From: Gammaproteobacteria bacterium RIFCSPLOWO2_12_47_11
GTDB taxonomy: Bacteria > Pseudomonadota > Gammaproteobacteria > Eutrophobiales > Eutrophobiaceae
Assembly: GCA_001801885.1 (NCBI GenBank)
Contig: MGYU01000006.1
Coordinates: 1-52,464 of the forward strand
Length of the DNA stretch: 52,464 nt
Direction of reading: 5' to 3'
Shown here: positions 9,736 to 18,861 of the stretch, one piece after another
Position numbering within the stretch: the first letter of the stretch is position 1
Layout: every line of letters begins with the position of its first letter
Translations under genes and position numbers: made by a program
The notes under the pieces: model-generated
The model's input: only the letters and a program-made list of their open reading frames with translations
What the model was told of the DNA's origin: nothing
The model's database searches: none

Positions 9736-11625
9736 TCATTCCAATTGCGCAATATCGCCCTTCGATTCCAGCCACTGCTTGCGATCCTGGGCGCGTTTTT
9801 TGGCCAGTAACATATCGAGCATTTCGTCTGCTTTTTTACCGTTTGGCAAAGTCAATTGCACCAGGCGGCGCGTCTCAGGCGCCATTGTCGTCTCACGCAA
9901 TTGCAATGGGTTCATCTCTCCCAAACCCTTGAAACGTTGCACATTGGCCTTACCCTGTTTTTTTTCTGCTGCAATATGGTCAAGGATGCCTTCCTTTTCC
10001 GCATCATCCAGTGCATAGTAGATATCCTTGCCAATATCGATGCGATACAACGGTGGCATGGCCACAAAGATATGCCCTGCCTCGACCAGCGGGCGGAAAT
10101 GTTTCACAAATAATGCGCATAACAGTGTGGCGATATGCAGGCCGTCAGAGTCGGCATCAGCGAGTATGCAGATCTTCCCGTATCGCAAACCTTCCAGATT
10201 TCCTGAACCCGGGTCAACGCCTATAGCGACCGCAATATCATGCACCTCTTTGGAAGAGAGCACCTCGCCGGAATCCACTTCCCAAGTATTCAGTATCTTG
10301 CCACGCAATGGCATCACCGCCTGAAATTCCCGGTCCCGCGCCTGTTTGGCCGAACCACCGGCTGAATCTCCCTCGACCAGAAACAATTCTGAAACGGAGA
10401 TGTCCTGAATACTGCAATCCACCAGTTTGCCCGGCAGGGCTGGCCCACCCGTGATCTTTTTTCTGACAATCTGTTTGTTGGCCTTGAGTCGCTGCTGTGC
10501 ACTCGATATGGCAAGTTCAGCTATTTTCTCACCCGTCTCAATATGCTGGTGTAACCAGTGACTGAAGACATCTCGTACTACACCGGCAACAAAGGTCGTG
10601 CATTCACGTGAAGACAGGCGTTCCTTGGTCTGGCCGGCGAACTGGGGTTCATCAAGTTTTACGGATAATACATAGCTGCAGCGTTCGCAAATATCATCAG
10701 CTGTGAGCTTCACACCACGTGGCATGAGATTACGTGCGTCACAGAATTCACGGATTGCATCCATCAATCCCTGACGCAGACCGGTGACATGCGTGCCACC
10801 CTGAACAGTCGGCACAAGATTCACATAACTTTCGGTTATTATCTCACCTGCTTCCGGACACCAGTGGATGGCCCAGTCGACGGCTTCATGATTACCTTCC
10901 ATCGAACCCATGAAGGGTTCCTGCGGTAATAAATCCTTTCCGGCGAGTTGTTCCGAGAGATATGTCTTTAATCCATCCTGATAACACCATTCCATTTTTT
11001 CATTGGTGTTTTCGTCTTTCAGTTGCACGATCAGACCCGGACACAAAACGGCCTTGGCGCGCAATACATGAACCAATTTGCTGAAAGAAAATTTTACACT
11101 GTCAAAATATTTTGGATCCGGCCAGAAACGGATGGTCGTACCGGTATTGCGCTTGCCGACTTCTCCAACCACTACCAGTTTTGATTTCTTGTCACCGCCG
11201 GCAAAGGACATGTTGTATTCCTTGCCATCGCGCCTGACCCATACTTCCAGGTGTTTGGAAAGTGCATTGACAACGGACACACCGACGCCATGCAAACCAC
11301 CGGAGAATTTATAATGCTTGCTGGAAAATTTACCGCCAGCATGCAGGCGTGTAAAAATAACTTCCACACCAGAGACTTTCTCGCCTGGATGAATATCCGT
11401 TGGCATACCACGGCCATCATCGGCGACGGTGACTGACCCGTCTTTATGCAATGTGACCTCAATCTTCTTCGCATATCCGACAATGGCCTCATCAACGCTG
11501 TTATCTACAACTTCATGAATGAGATGATTTGGGCGGGTAGTATCAGTATACATACCCGGTCGTTTACGCACCGGGTCGAGACCGGTCAGGACTTCGATGT
11601 CAGCTGCATCGTAGCTGCGGTTCAT
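9736..11625 (-). CDS. parE: DNA topoisomerase IV subunit B
   Basis: Start re-called at MNRSYDAADIEVLTGLDPVRKRPGMY. EVVDNSVDE, GGLHGVG, TOPRIM EGDSA, DADSDG, RFKGLGEM; lacks the GyrB insert. Confidence 0.96.
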   Translation of the reverse strand: MNRSYDAADIEVLTGLDPVRKRPGMYTDTTRPNHLIHEVVDNSVDEAIVGYAKKIEVTLHKDGSVTVADDGRGMPTDIHPGEKVSGVEVIFTRLHAGGKFSSKHYKFSGGLHGVGVSVVNALSKHLEVWVRRDGKEYNMSFAGGDKKSKLVVVGEVGKRNTGTTIRFWPDPKYFDSVKFSFSKLVHVLRAKAVLCPGLIVQLKDENTNEKMEWCYQDGLKTYLSEQLAGKDLLPQEPFMGSMEGNHEAVDWAIHWCPEAGEIITESYVNLVPTVQGGTHVTGLRQGLMDAIREFCDARNLMPRGVKLTADDICERCSYVLSVKLDEPQFAGQTKERLSSRECTTFVAGVVRDVFSHWLHQHIETGEKIAELAISSAQQRLKANKQIVRKKITGGPALPGKLVDCSIQDISVSELFLVEGDSAGGSAKQARDREFQAVMPLRGKILNTWEVDSGEVLSSKEVHDIAVAIGVDPGSGNLEGLRYGKICILADADSDGLHIATLLCALFVKHFRPLVEAGHIFVAMPPLYRIDIGKDIYYALDDAEKEGILDHIAAEKKQGKANVQRFKGLGEMNPLQLRETTMAPETRRLVQLTLPNGKKADEMLDMLLAKKRAQDRKQWLESKGDIAQLE

Positions 11626-11761
11626 ATCAGCATATCTGAACAGTAGGCAGGCATTAACATGGATGCGAAATGTACCATAAAACCACAAATTATTTGCAGC
11701 ATTTCATTCCATGCAGACAAAAGTGACCGGAATCGGTCAGGATTAATTCAGTACTGTTTAA

Positions 11762-12346
11762 TCAGTCCAGATCCCGGATCAATGAGAGGCAAATATTTTC
11801 GGGGACCGGGTCTACCGTATGCCGGTATGCATCGTGATCAATACCGGCGGAAAGTGATGCGCCCTGTTTCAGGGCGTTGATCATTTTGTCAGTTAATTCA
11901 AAGCGTAGAAAATGCACAGAGGAAGTCTTGCCTTCAGTAGTACGGTCCATGTCTTCGTCCGCTACGGGAATAACCCGCTCCATATCATCCACCTTGATCC
12001 ACACTGCGGTTTCAATATTGATCATCCGGGTCAGTTGTTTTCTGCGTTCTGCTTCATCGTCAAATTCGATCATGAAGGTGGCCTTCCAGTTCTTCCCGTC
12101 CGGGATGAGTGGATTGTAGGCGTCCAGTTCTTCCTGGATCCCCCCCGCTTCAAAAATCCGCTCGACCCGCAACATTTCCTGTATCTGGTATTGCATGGTC
12201 AGCGCATCTTCAAAATATAACGTGGCATTCGGGCCGATGGGCAAGTGCCGGTTTTTTTTGTGTTTGATAACTTTGTCACGGAACACCTTGCGGGCTTCTG
12301 CATATTTTTCGAGGGTAAATAGTTTATCTCGTGTAAGTTTCTGCAT
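11762..12346 (-). CDS. DUF3501 family protein (rubrerythrin-associated)
   Basis: LYFED...YQIQEMLRVE...ELDAYNPLIP...ATFMIE...KTSSVHFLRF pattern; third gene of the rubrerythrin operon. Confidence 0.85.
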   Translation of the reverse strand: MQKLTRDKLFTLEKYAEARKVFRDKVIKHKKNRHLPIGPNATLYFEDALTMQYQIQEMLRVERIFEAGGIQEELDAYNPLIPDGKNWKATFMIEFDDEAERRKQLTRMINIETAVWIKVDDMERVIPVADEDMDRTTEGKTSSVHFLRFELTDKMINALKQGASLSAGIDHDAYRHTVDPVPENICLSLIRDLD

Positions 12347-12410
12347 GATTATTGATGCTCTGATTAAATTGTTGGTGTCATATTAAATTTCAGACGTGTT
12401 TGGTATTTCA

Positions 12411-12462
12411 CCCCACCTCAATCCTCCCCCTTCAAGGGGGAGGAAGTTGTGCTTGAGGTGGG
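12411..12462. repeat. REP-like palindromic element, family A (single copy with an extra outer inverted repeat)
   Basis: CCCCACCTCAA-TCCTCCCCCTT-C-AAGGGGGAGGA-...-TTGAGGTGGG; homologous to copies at 30175, 30246, 51835 and 51894. Confidence 0.8.
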
Positions 12463-12481
12463 TTCTATTTTTCGGAGATCC

Positions 12482-13828
12482 TTAAATACCATATGCCTGG
12501 CGTAATAAGGTAAATGGACTTTCGGCATGGTTGCCATTCTTCAGCCCGTTTTCGATCTGATCACCCGCCATAGGGCAATCGCTGATATAATGATCAACTG
12601 TAGCATGCCTGATCTTGTTCACGACCGGACGGCAGATCTTCATGGAGATGTTATGAAATTCACTCTTGACCGCATAGGTGCCGTCATGGCCCGAACAGCG
12701 TTCAATGACATCGATAGAAGTATCCGGCACCAGAGCCAGAATGTCCCTGGTTTTTAAACCGATGTTCTGCACCCGTTGGTGACAGGGTGCATGATAAGCG
12801 ACTTTCCCCAGGGACTTTTTAAATTCAGTTTTTAACTTGCCTTCCTTGTGACGCAGCGACAAATATTCAAACGGATCGTAAATCGCGTCTTGTACCTTTT
12901 GCACCTGCGTATCAGATGGAAACATCAGCGGGATTTCCTGCTTGAACATCAAAACACAAGAGGGGACCGGCGCGATAATGTCCCAGCCATCATCAACCAG
13001 TTTTACGAGTTCCGGAATATTGAAGTCCCTGGATAGTTCCACCGCTTTCAAATCACCCAGTTCCAGTTTGGGCATACCACAGCATTGCTCGCTATCGGTC
13101 AGCCGTACCTCAATACCATTGTGTTCAAAAACTGCGATGAGATCTTCAACAATCTGCGGTGCGTTTTTATTGCCATAACAGGTCACAAATATTGCCACCC
13201 TGCCACGGGTATATTGACCGGGTTCTGCGCTGATACCGGTGATCTTCTTTTTTGCATAGCGTTTGCGCAGGTTGTTGCTGTGAAATTCAGGCAGTTTGGC
13301 ATCCGGATGTATGCCGATGGTTTTATCCATGATTTTTCTTGCCCATGCGTTGTTGTTCACGGCATTAACCGTCTGTGCGATCACCGGGATACCGGCGATA
13401 CTGCCAATGGCATCGGTAGAAGTCAGGACTTTGTCCCGGAGTTTGTCCCTGCCTTGTTCATGCCTGATGGCCTTGGCCTGCAACATCAGGTGCGGGAAAT
13501 CCACGTTCCACTCATGCGGAGGCACATACGGGCATTTGGTCATGTAACAGAGATCACAAAGATAACAATGATCAACCACCTTCCAGTAATCTTCTTTTGC
13601 GACACCATCCACTTCCATTGTGAGAGATTCATCCACCAGGTCAAACAAGGTGGGAAATGCGTTACACAGACTTACACAACGGCGGCAACCATGACAAATA
13701 TCATAAACACGTTCCAGTTCCTTGAAGAGATCTGTTTCATTGTAATATTCCGGATCCTGCCATTTGATAGGATGACGGATCGGCGCATCGAGACTGCCTT
13801 CTCTTTTGCCTGTATTTTGGTCGTTCAT
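12482..13828 (-). CDS. Rubrerythrin-associated Fe-S oxidoreductase (GlpC/HdrD-like: 4Fe-4S dicluster plus two cysteine-rich CCG domains)
   Basis: CHGCRRCVSLC, CYLCDLCYMTKCP, QCCGMP, YHAPCH, RCSGHDG, SDCPMA. Confidence 0.88.
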   Translation of the reverse strand: MNDQNTGKREGSLDAPIRHPIKWQDPEYYNETDLFKELERVYDICHGCRRCVSLCNAFPTLFDLVDESLTMEVDGVAKEDYWKVVDHCYLCDLCYMTKCPYVPPHEWNVDFPHLMLQAKAIRHEQGRDKLRDKVLTSTDAIGSIAGIPVIAQTVNAVNNNAWARKIMDKTIGIHPDAKLPEFHSNNLRKRYAKKKITGISAEPGQYTRGRVAIFVTCYGNKNAPQIVEDLIAVFEHNGIEVRLTDSEQCCGMPKLELGDLKAVELSRDFNIPELVKLVDDGWDIIAPVPSCVLMFKQEIPLMFPSDTQVQKVQDAIYDPFEYLSLRHKEGKLKTEFKKSLGKVAYHAPCHQRVQNIGLKTRDILALVPDTSIDVIERCSGHDGTYAVKSEFHNISMKICRPVVNKIRHATVDHYISDCPMAGDQIENGLKNGNHAESPFTLLRQAYGI

Positions 13829-13862
13829 AAGATCAAAAATAGAAGACTATACAACAGAAATC

Positions 13863-13886
13863 AGAACCGGGCTTAAGCCCGGTTCT
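13863..13886 (-). terminator. Perfect 24-bp palindrome downstream of rubrerythrin; partial terminator or mRNA-stabilising hairpin
   Basis: AGAACCGGGCTTAAGCCCGGTTCT, followed on the minus strand by an imperfect U-tract (GATTTCTGTT). Confidence 0.6.
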
Positions 13887-13911
13887 TTAGTCTTGAGTGA
13901 TTTAGCGCCTA

Positions 13912-14331
13912 TCAGGCTCCCAGTCCATCCAGTGCCTTCTGGAACCGGTTGGCATGTGATCGCTCGGCCTTGGCCAGGGTTTCAAACCAGTCAGCGATTT
14001 CATCAAAGCCTTCTTCACGCGCTACCTTGGCCATACCCGGATACATATCGGTGTATTCATATGTTTCGCCGGCGATAGCCGCCTTCAGGTTATTGGATGT
14101 ACCGCCAATAGGAAGTCCGGTGGCCGGATCGCCCACTTCTTCCAGATATTCAAGATGACCATGTGCATGCCCGGTTTCACCTTCAGCCGTGGAACGGAAT
14201 ACGGCGGAGACATCGTTGTAGCCTTCCACGTCAGCTTTCTGGGCGAAGTAGAGGTAACGGCGGTTAGCCTGTGATTCGCCGGCAAAAGCGGCCTTGAGAT
14301 TTTCTTCGGTTTTACTGCCTTTCAGTCCCAT
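13912..14331 (-). CDS. rbr: Short rubrerythrin (no rubredoxin domain)
   Basis: [40 protein letters not shown] di-iron ligands; strong SD AGGAGG. Confidence 0.93.
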   Translation of the reverse strand: MGLKGSKTEENLKAAFAGESQANRRYLYFAQKADVEGYNDVSAVFRSTAEGETGHAHGHLEYLEEVGDPATGLPIGGTSNNLKAAIAGETYEYTDMYPGMAKVAREEGFDEIADWFETLAKAERSHANRFQKALDGLGA

Positions 14332-14376
14332 AATATTTACCTCCTGAAATGGATAGAAATTATTTATTCTGGATAC

Positions 14377-14393
14377 TTTAGACTTCGTCTAAA
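14377..14393. promoter_or_regulatory. 7-3-7 inverted repeat TTTAGAC-TTC-GTCTAAA, candidate Fur-family (Irr/PerR-like) operator
   Basis: Perfect inverted repeat lying between the predicted -10 and the rbr SD. Differs from the Irr ICE consensus TTTAGAA-N3-TTCTAAA at one symmetric position. Confidence 0.6.
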
Positions 14394-14433
14394 TTATAGT
14401 TGACAACTTACCCCAAGGTAAATTTACTGTCAA
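14393..14433 (-). promoter_or_regulatory. Sigma70-type promoter(s) for the rbr operon
   Basis: Minus strand has TTGACA (14433-14428), a 17-nt spacer and TAAGTT (14410-14405); there is also a perfect TATAAT at 14398-14393. Confidence 0.55.
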
Positions 14434-14585
14434 TGTCATTATTCAAGCCTGATTTTAACAGTTTCACCGTTATGGAATGGGTCGAATATGGTAAAAAATA
14501 ATGTAAAAAATTGGTCATCCCTTAACATGTTGCAATAGAATTGATGCTTTAATTTTAACCACCGGCCCGGAGAGTGGAGAACACA

Positions 14586-14831
14586 GTGGCAAAAAAACAA
14601 AATGAAATAAATTTTGAGCAATCTTTACAGGAACTTGAGGCGCTGGTCGAAAAAATGGAGGCAGGAAACCTCAGTCTGGAAGAGTCACTAAAGTGTTTTG
14701 AGCGTGGTGTTGCCTTGACCCGGAATTGCCAGAAGGCCCTGGCTGAAGCTGAACAGAAGGTTCAGATATTGCTGGAGAAAAACGGCAAAGAAAAACTGCA
14801 TGACTTTGAAGCAGATGAAATCCGGAAGTAA
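14586..14831 (+). CDS. xseB: Exodeoxyribonuclease VII small subunit
   Basis: [32 protein letters not shown]...AEQKV. GTG start chosen from the upstream GGAG. Confidence 0.95.
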   Translation: MAKKQNEINFEQSLQELEALVEKMEAGNLSLEESLKCFERGVALTRNCQKALAEAEQKVQILLEKNGKEKLHDFEADEIRK

Positions 14832-14864
14832 TACACGGGCATTAACCTGCCAACACTAATCACT

Positions 14865-15755
14865 ATGTCTTTGAATGAACGTCTGAGGGTCTATCAGGCC
14901 TGTATTGAAAACGCACTTGAATACTGGTTGCCCGGGAATGATATTCAACCCTGCCATCTGCATGAGGCCATGCGTTATGCCGTGCTGGGCAACGGAAAAC
15001 GAATCCGGCCTGTCCTGGTTTATGCCACCGGTGAGGCATTTGGAGTAGAGCTGGAGGCCCTGGACAGTCCGGCCTGTGCGGTCGAGATGATCCACGCCTA
15101 TTCATTGATTCATGACGATCTACCGGCGATGGACAATGATGATCTGCGGCGCGGGCGCCCGACCTGTCACAAGGCATTTGGTGAAGCAACCGCTATCCTG
15201 GCCGGAGATGCACTCCAGGCACTGGCTTTCCAGGTACTGGCCCATTCACCAACAAACAGGGGCACCCCTGAACAAAGGTTGAAAATGATTGATATCCTGG
15301 CATTGGCCAGTGGTTCAAGGGGTATGGCAGGCGGCCAGGCCATTGATTTGGCCTCAGTGGGCAAAAAACTGAATATTGCCGAGCTGGAAAATATGCACAT
15401 CCATAAAACCGGTGCCCTGATCCGGGCCAGTGTGGAACTGGGTGCATTATCTGCCGAAGGCGTTGACCCTGACGCATACAATAAGGTTTCGCACTATGCC
15501 AAATGTATCGGTCTCGCCTTCCAGATACAGGACGATATTCTGGATGTGGAGAGTGACACCGACACCCTGGGTAAAACACAGGGTTCTGATTTAAAAAGGA
15601 ATAAACCCACCTATCCCGAGTTATTGGGACTGGACGGGGCTAAAAAAGCAGCGAAAGAACTGCATGCTGAAGCCCTGCAAAGCCTTCATGAATTTGACCA
15701 TAAAGCAGATCCTCTACGCTGGATAGCTGATTACATTGTGCAACGCCAAAAGTAG
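14865..15755 (+). CDS. ispA: Farnesyl diphosphate synthase / geranyltranstransferase
   Basis: GKRIRP, SLIHDDLPAMDNDDLRRG, KTGAL, FQIQDDILD. Confidence 0.95.
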   Translation: MSLNERLRVYQACIENALEYWLPGNDIQPCHLHEAMRYAVLGNGKRIRPVLVYATGEAFGVELEALDSPACAVEMIHAYSLIHDDLPAMDNDDLRRGRPTCHKAFGEATAILAGDALQALAFQVLAHSPTNRGTPEQRLKMIDILALASGSRGMAGGQAIDLASVGKKLNIAELENMHIHKTGALIRASVELGALSAEGVDPDAYNKVSHYAKCIGLAFQIQDDILDVESDTDTLGKTQGSDLKRNKPTYPELLGLDGAKKAAKELHAEALQSLHEFDHKADPLRWIADYIVQRQK

Positions 15756-15885
15756 TACACTACATCATGAAACACCATTGTTTTTGGTGCGTACCGCTTA
15801 ATTATTGGAGAATAACAGTTACAGCTAGTAAACTTAGAATCAGACTAAATCAGATTATGATACGTAATGAGGCAATAAACTTAAG

Positions 15886-16698
15886 ATGAGCCGACCAGCA
15901 AAATTAACAACAGAAATACCGGATACCCAGAACAGCAGGGATACCCGGCATATCCCCATCGAGAAGGTCGGTATAAAAGACATCAAACATCCCGTCGTTA
16001 TCGGTGATCGTAATGGTGGCGAACAGCACACGATTGCCCGTTTCAATATGTATGTGAATCTGCCACATAATTTCAAAGGCACGCATATGTCACGCTTTGT
16101 TGAGATCCTCAACCAGCATGAATATGAAATCACGGTCAAATCCTTCAAAACGATGATTGAAGAAATGACCAGCCTGCTGAATGCCCAGTCCGGACATATT
16201 GAAATGACATTTACTTATTTCATGACCAAATCTGCGCCTGTATCCGGGGTCAAGAGTCTGATGGATTATGAAGTCTCATTCCTGGGCCAGATTAAAGGCA
16301 ATAAACCGACAGTACTGGTCAAAGTAGTCGTGCCTGTCACCAGTCTGTGCCCATGCTCAAAGAATATCGCCGATTACGGCGCCCATAACCAGCGCTCACA
16401 TATCACAGTCACTGTGCGGACAAGGACATTTCTGTGGGTTGAAGAACTGATAGAAACTGTGGAAAAGGTGGCCTCCTGTGAACTCTATGGTTTGTTGAAA
16501 CGGCCGGATGAGAAATACGTCACCGAGAAAGCCTATGACAATCCGAAATTTGTTGAAGACATCGTCAGGGATGTGGCGGTCGAATTTAACAAAGACGACC
16601 GTATTGCAGCCTATGTGGTTGAATCAGAGAATTTTGAATCCATACACAATCATTCAGCCTACGCCATGCTGATGCATGACAAGGATGCTGACAAGTAA
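15886..16698 (+). CDS. folE2: GTP cyclohydrolase IB FolE2
   Basis: [46 protein letters not shown]. Confidence 0.95.
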   Translation: MSRPAKLTTEIPDTQNSRDTRHIPIEKVGIKDIKHPVVIGDRNGGEQHTIARFNMYVNLPHNFKGTHMSRFVEILNQHEYEITVKSFKTMIEEMTSLLNAQSGHIEMTFTYFMTKSAPVSGVKSLMDYEVSFLGQIKGNKPTVLVKVVVPVTSLCPCSKNIADYGAHNQRSHITVTVRTRTFLWVEELIETVEKVASCELYGLLKRPDEKYVTEKAYDNPKFVEDIVRDVAVEFNKDDRIAAYVVESENFESIHNHSAYAMLMHDKDADK

Positions 16699-16906
16699 TA
16701 CCCACCTTACGTTTAATTGATTCCGAAGGTACTGCAGTTAATCACTGCACCTGGGATCAAATATCAATAATATACATTAAATAATATTGTTAACTTCATG
16801 ATATATATTATTATATATAATTATTTAAAGTATTACTTTAATTCTGTTCAATAGAATTACAACGTCATTGTGACTGTGTCATGAATTTACCGGGAACATC
16901 CACGCA

Positions 16907-17254
16907 ATGGATAAATCTGATATTAATGAACCTGAAACCGGTTATTACCTATTGAAAAATTATTCCACAATAACCGGTGTTCTGTTGTTGCTCAGTCCCG
17001 CAGCGTTGGCTGACTCGGTCTCCATGCAGGATTACAACCTGCTCTCGAATGGCATGTCAGAAGCTGAAGTGTTATACCGGCTTGGGCCCTACGATCATGA
17101 AACTGTCGCTGTCGGTCTTTATAATAATATCCTGCACAAGACCTGGTATTACATACCGTTGCCGGATGAGAACAGCAACCGTAAATGGATTACGGAGATC
17201 CGTTTCGATGGTAATGGACGGGTAATCACACGCGACCGTTACAAGCCAAAGTGA
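16907..17254 (+). CDS. Small exported protein, SmpA/OmlA(BamE)-like domain (start may be TTG 16952)
   Basis: Signal peptide ...GVLLLLSPAALA, then L-x-x-GMS-x-x-EV-x-x-x-LG-P...W-Y-Y...I-x-F...GRV pattern. Confidence 0.55.
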   Translation: MDKSDINEPETGYYLLKNYSTITGVLLLLSPAALADSVSMQDYNLLSNGMSEAEVLYRLGPYDHETVAVGLYNNILHKTWYYIPLPDENSNRKWITEIRFDGNGRVITRDRYKPK

Positions 17255-17256
17255 TG

Positions 17257-18060
17257 TTATCTGCTCATGCTGGACTTTGATTCTTCCCAGAGTCTGTCCA
17301 TTTCTTCCAGTGAAGCATCTTCCAGCGAACGATGTTGTGCATGCAGGCTTCCCTCGATATAACGAAATCGCTGTTCAAACTTTCTGTTTGCTGCCCGCAA
17401 GGCACTCTCGGCATCGATATCCATGTGCCGGGCGAGATTGACACAACTGAACAGCAAATCGCCCAGTTCATCCTGCAACCTCATCGGGTCTGTCAGGCCA
17501 GAGAGTTCACTGGTTAATTCCTTTATTTCTTCTTCAATCTTGAGCATGACATCCCGGATATTATTCCAGTCAAAACCGGCATGGGCCGCCCGTAACTGTA
17601 TTTTCTGCGCCCTGCCAAGTGCCGGCAGATTGAGACTGATCCCGGCAAGAATGCTGACAAAAGCGTCCTGCGCTGCCGCCCTTCTCTCCTGTAATTTCTG
17701 CTGTTCCCAGGCTTGCGACTGTGCCTTGGCGTTGTCAACAGTTTCATTGCCGAAAACATGTGGATGACGTTGTTGCAATTTCTTGTTAATTCCTTCCACA
17801 ACGTCATTGAATTCAAAGCAGTTCTTTTCGGCTGCTAATTGCGCATGGTAAACCACCTGGAAAAGCAGATCGCCGAGTTCACCACGCAAGGACTGCATGT
17901 CATTGCGGTCTATGGCATCCGCAACTTCATAGGCTTCCTCTATGGTATAAGGGGCGATACTGGAAAAGTCCTGTTCCCGGTCCCACGGACAGCCTTTAAC
18001 AGGGTCGCGCAGTGTTGTCATAATCTCCAGAAGTTTGTCCATCGAATTCATTAAGTTCAC
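17257..18060 (-). CDS. mazG: Nucleoside triphosphate pyrophosphohydrolase MazG (two-domain housekeeping type)
   Basis: LRDP..GCPWDREQ, EEAYEV, ELGDLL twice, RHPHVF, AGFDW, NRKFEQRF. Confidence 0.95.
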   Translation of the reverse strand: MNLMNSMDKLLEIMTTLRDPVKGCPWDREQDFSSIAPYTIEEAYEVADAIDRNDMQSLRGELGDLLFQVVYHAQLAAEKNCFEFNDVVEGINKKLQQRHPHVFGNETVDNAKAQSQAWEQQKLQERRAAAQDAFVSILAGISLNLPALGRAQKIQLRAAHAGFDWNNIRDVMLKIEEEIKELTSELSGLTDPMRLQDELGDLLFSCVNLARHMDIDAESALRAANRKFEQRFRYIEGSLHAQHRSLEDASLEEMDRLWEESKSSMSR

Positions 18061-18077
18061 CTGTTAACTTATAACCC

Positions 18078-18133
18078 CAATAACTTGATTTTATACTCGA
18101 TTTAGAATAAAACATGCATGGCATAAACAATGC
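18078..18133 (+). promoter_or_regulatory. IHF site plus sigma54 (-24/-12) promoter upstream of the HNH nuclease gene
   Basis: Minus strand 18090-18078 AATCAAGTTATTG matches WATCAANNNNTTR. Plus strand 18119-18133 TGGCATAAACAATGC has GG-N10-GC. Confidence 0.55.
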
Positions 18134-18198
18134 GTAATAAGCATTGCATTGATTCTTCCTTTATTGCATGAGTGTTGCAACACTGTTTGGAGCTGAAT

Positions 18199-18771
18199 AT
18201 GGTCCCTTTAATCTTGCGGCTTGATATGGCCGGCGCGCCAGTGACCTGGATTCCCTGGCAGGATGCCGTATGCCTGTATAGCCGTAACATGGTGGCCTGG
18301 ACCGCCGGAGACAGTGTATTCAATATCCTAGGTGGGACGAACCGGCTCACCGGACTGCGTTCCTTTATCGATGTCAATTCAATTATTGCTATCAAACGAT
18401 CAACCACACATAAGCATCCCAAACGTAACATTCCACCGCTGACCAATCGTGAATTATTTCTGCGCGATGCCTATATGTGCATGTATTGCGGCGGACAATT
18501 CAAGGAATACTCTCTCACACGTGACCATGTGATCCCGATGTCTCGTGGCGGAAAGGACCGCTGGTCCAATGTCATTACAGCCTGCCGGCATTGCAATACC
18601 TCCAAGGGCAACAAAACCCCGGAAGAAGCCAGGATGTCTCTGCTGGCTGTCCCCTATGTCCCCAACTGGGCAGAGTATCTGGCGCTTTCCAACAGGAAGA
18701 TCCTGTCTGATCAGATGGAATTTCTGAAAACGCAATTTTCCAATCGTCCCATGCCGTTTACCCGGCAGTAA
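18199..18771 (+). CDS. HNH endonuclease family protein
   Basis: LFLRDAYMCMYCG...LTRDHVIP.SRGG...W.NVITACRHCN..K; SD GGAG before ATG 18199. Confidence 0.9.
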   Translation: MVPLILRLDMAGAPVTWIPWQDAVCLYSRNMVAWTAGDSVFNILGGTNRLTGLRSFIDVNSIIAIKRSTTHKHPKRNIPPLTNRELFLRDAYMCMYCGGQFKEYSLTRDHVIPMSRGGKDRWSNVITACRHCNTSKGNKTPEEARMSLLAVPYVPNWAEYLALSNRKILSDQMEFLKTQFSNRPMPFTRQ

Positions 18772-18861
18772 TCTGATCATTAACTGACCGGTTTGGCTGC
18801 AAACATGCTTTCTGGCGGTGATAAGTTGATTATCGCTGCATTGCTCTATTGAATTTTATCT

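Noticed and set aside
15767-15889. 40-codon uORF (MKHHCFWC...) overlapping the folE2 start (ATGA), as a possible metal-sensing leader
   Set aside because: No SD, many rare codons (AGA x4, ATA x3), and the length is within chance expectation.
16760-16787. dif-like site: the minus strand contains TAA-TGTATA-TTAT, identical to the E. coli dif core
   Set aside because: The XerD arm reads TTATTGATATT instead of the highly conserved TTATGTTAAAT, and the XerC arm does not match. Probably chance in AT-rich DNA.
16740-16900. AT-rich patch as a replication origin / DUE
   Set aside because: No cluster of DnaA boxes and no origin-associated genes nearby.
17257-18771. mazG plus HNH as an anti-phage defence pair
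   Set aside because: MazG is the standard two-domain housekeeping form, the genes are divergent, and there is no defence-island or mobile context.
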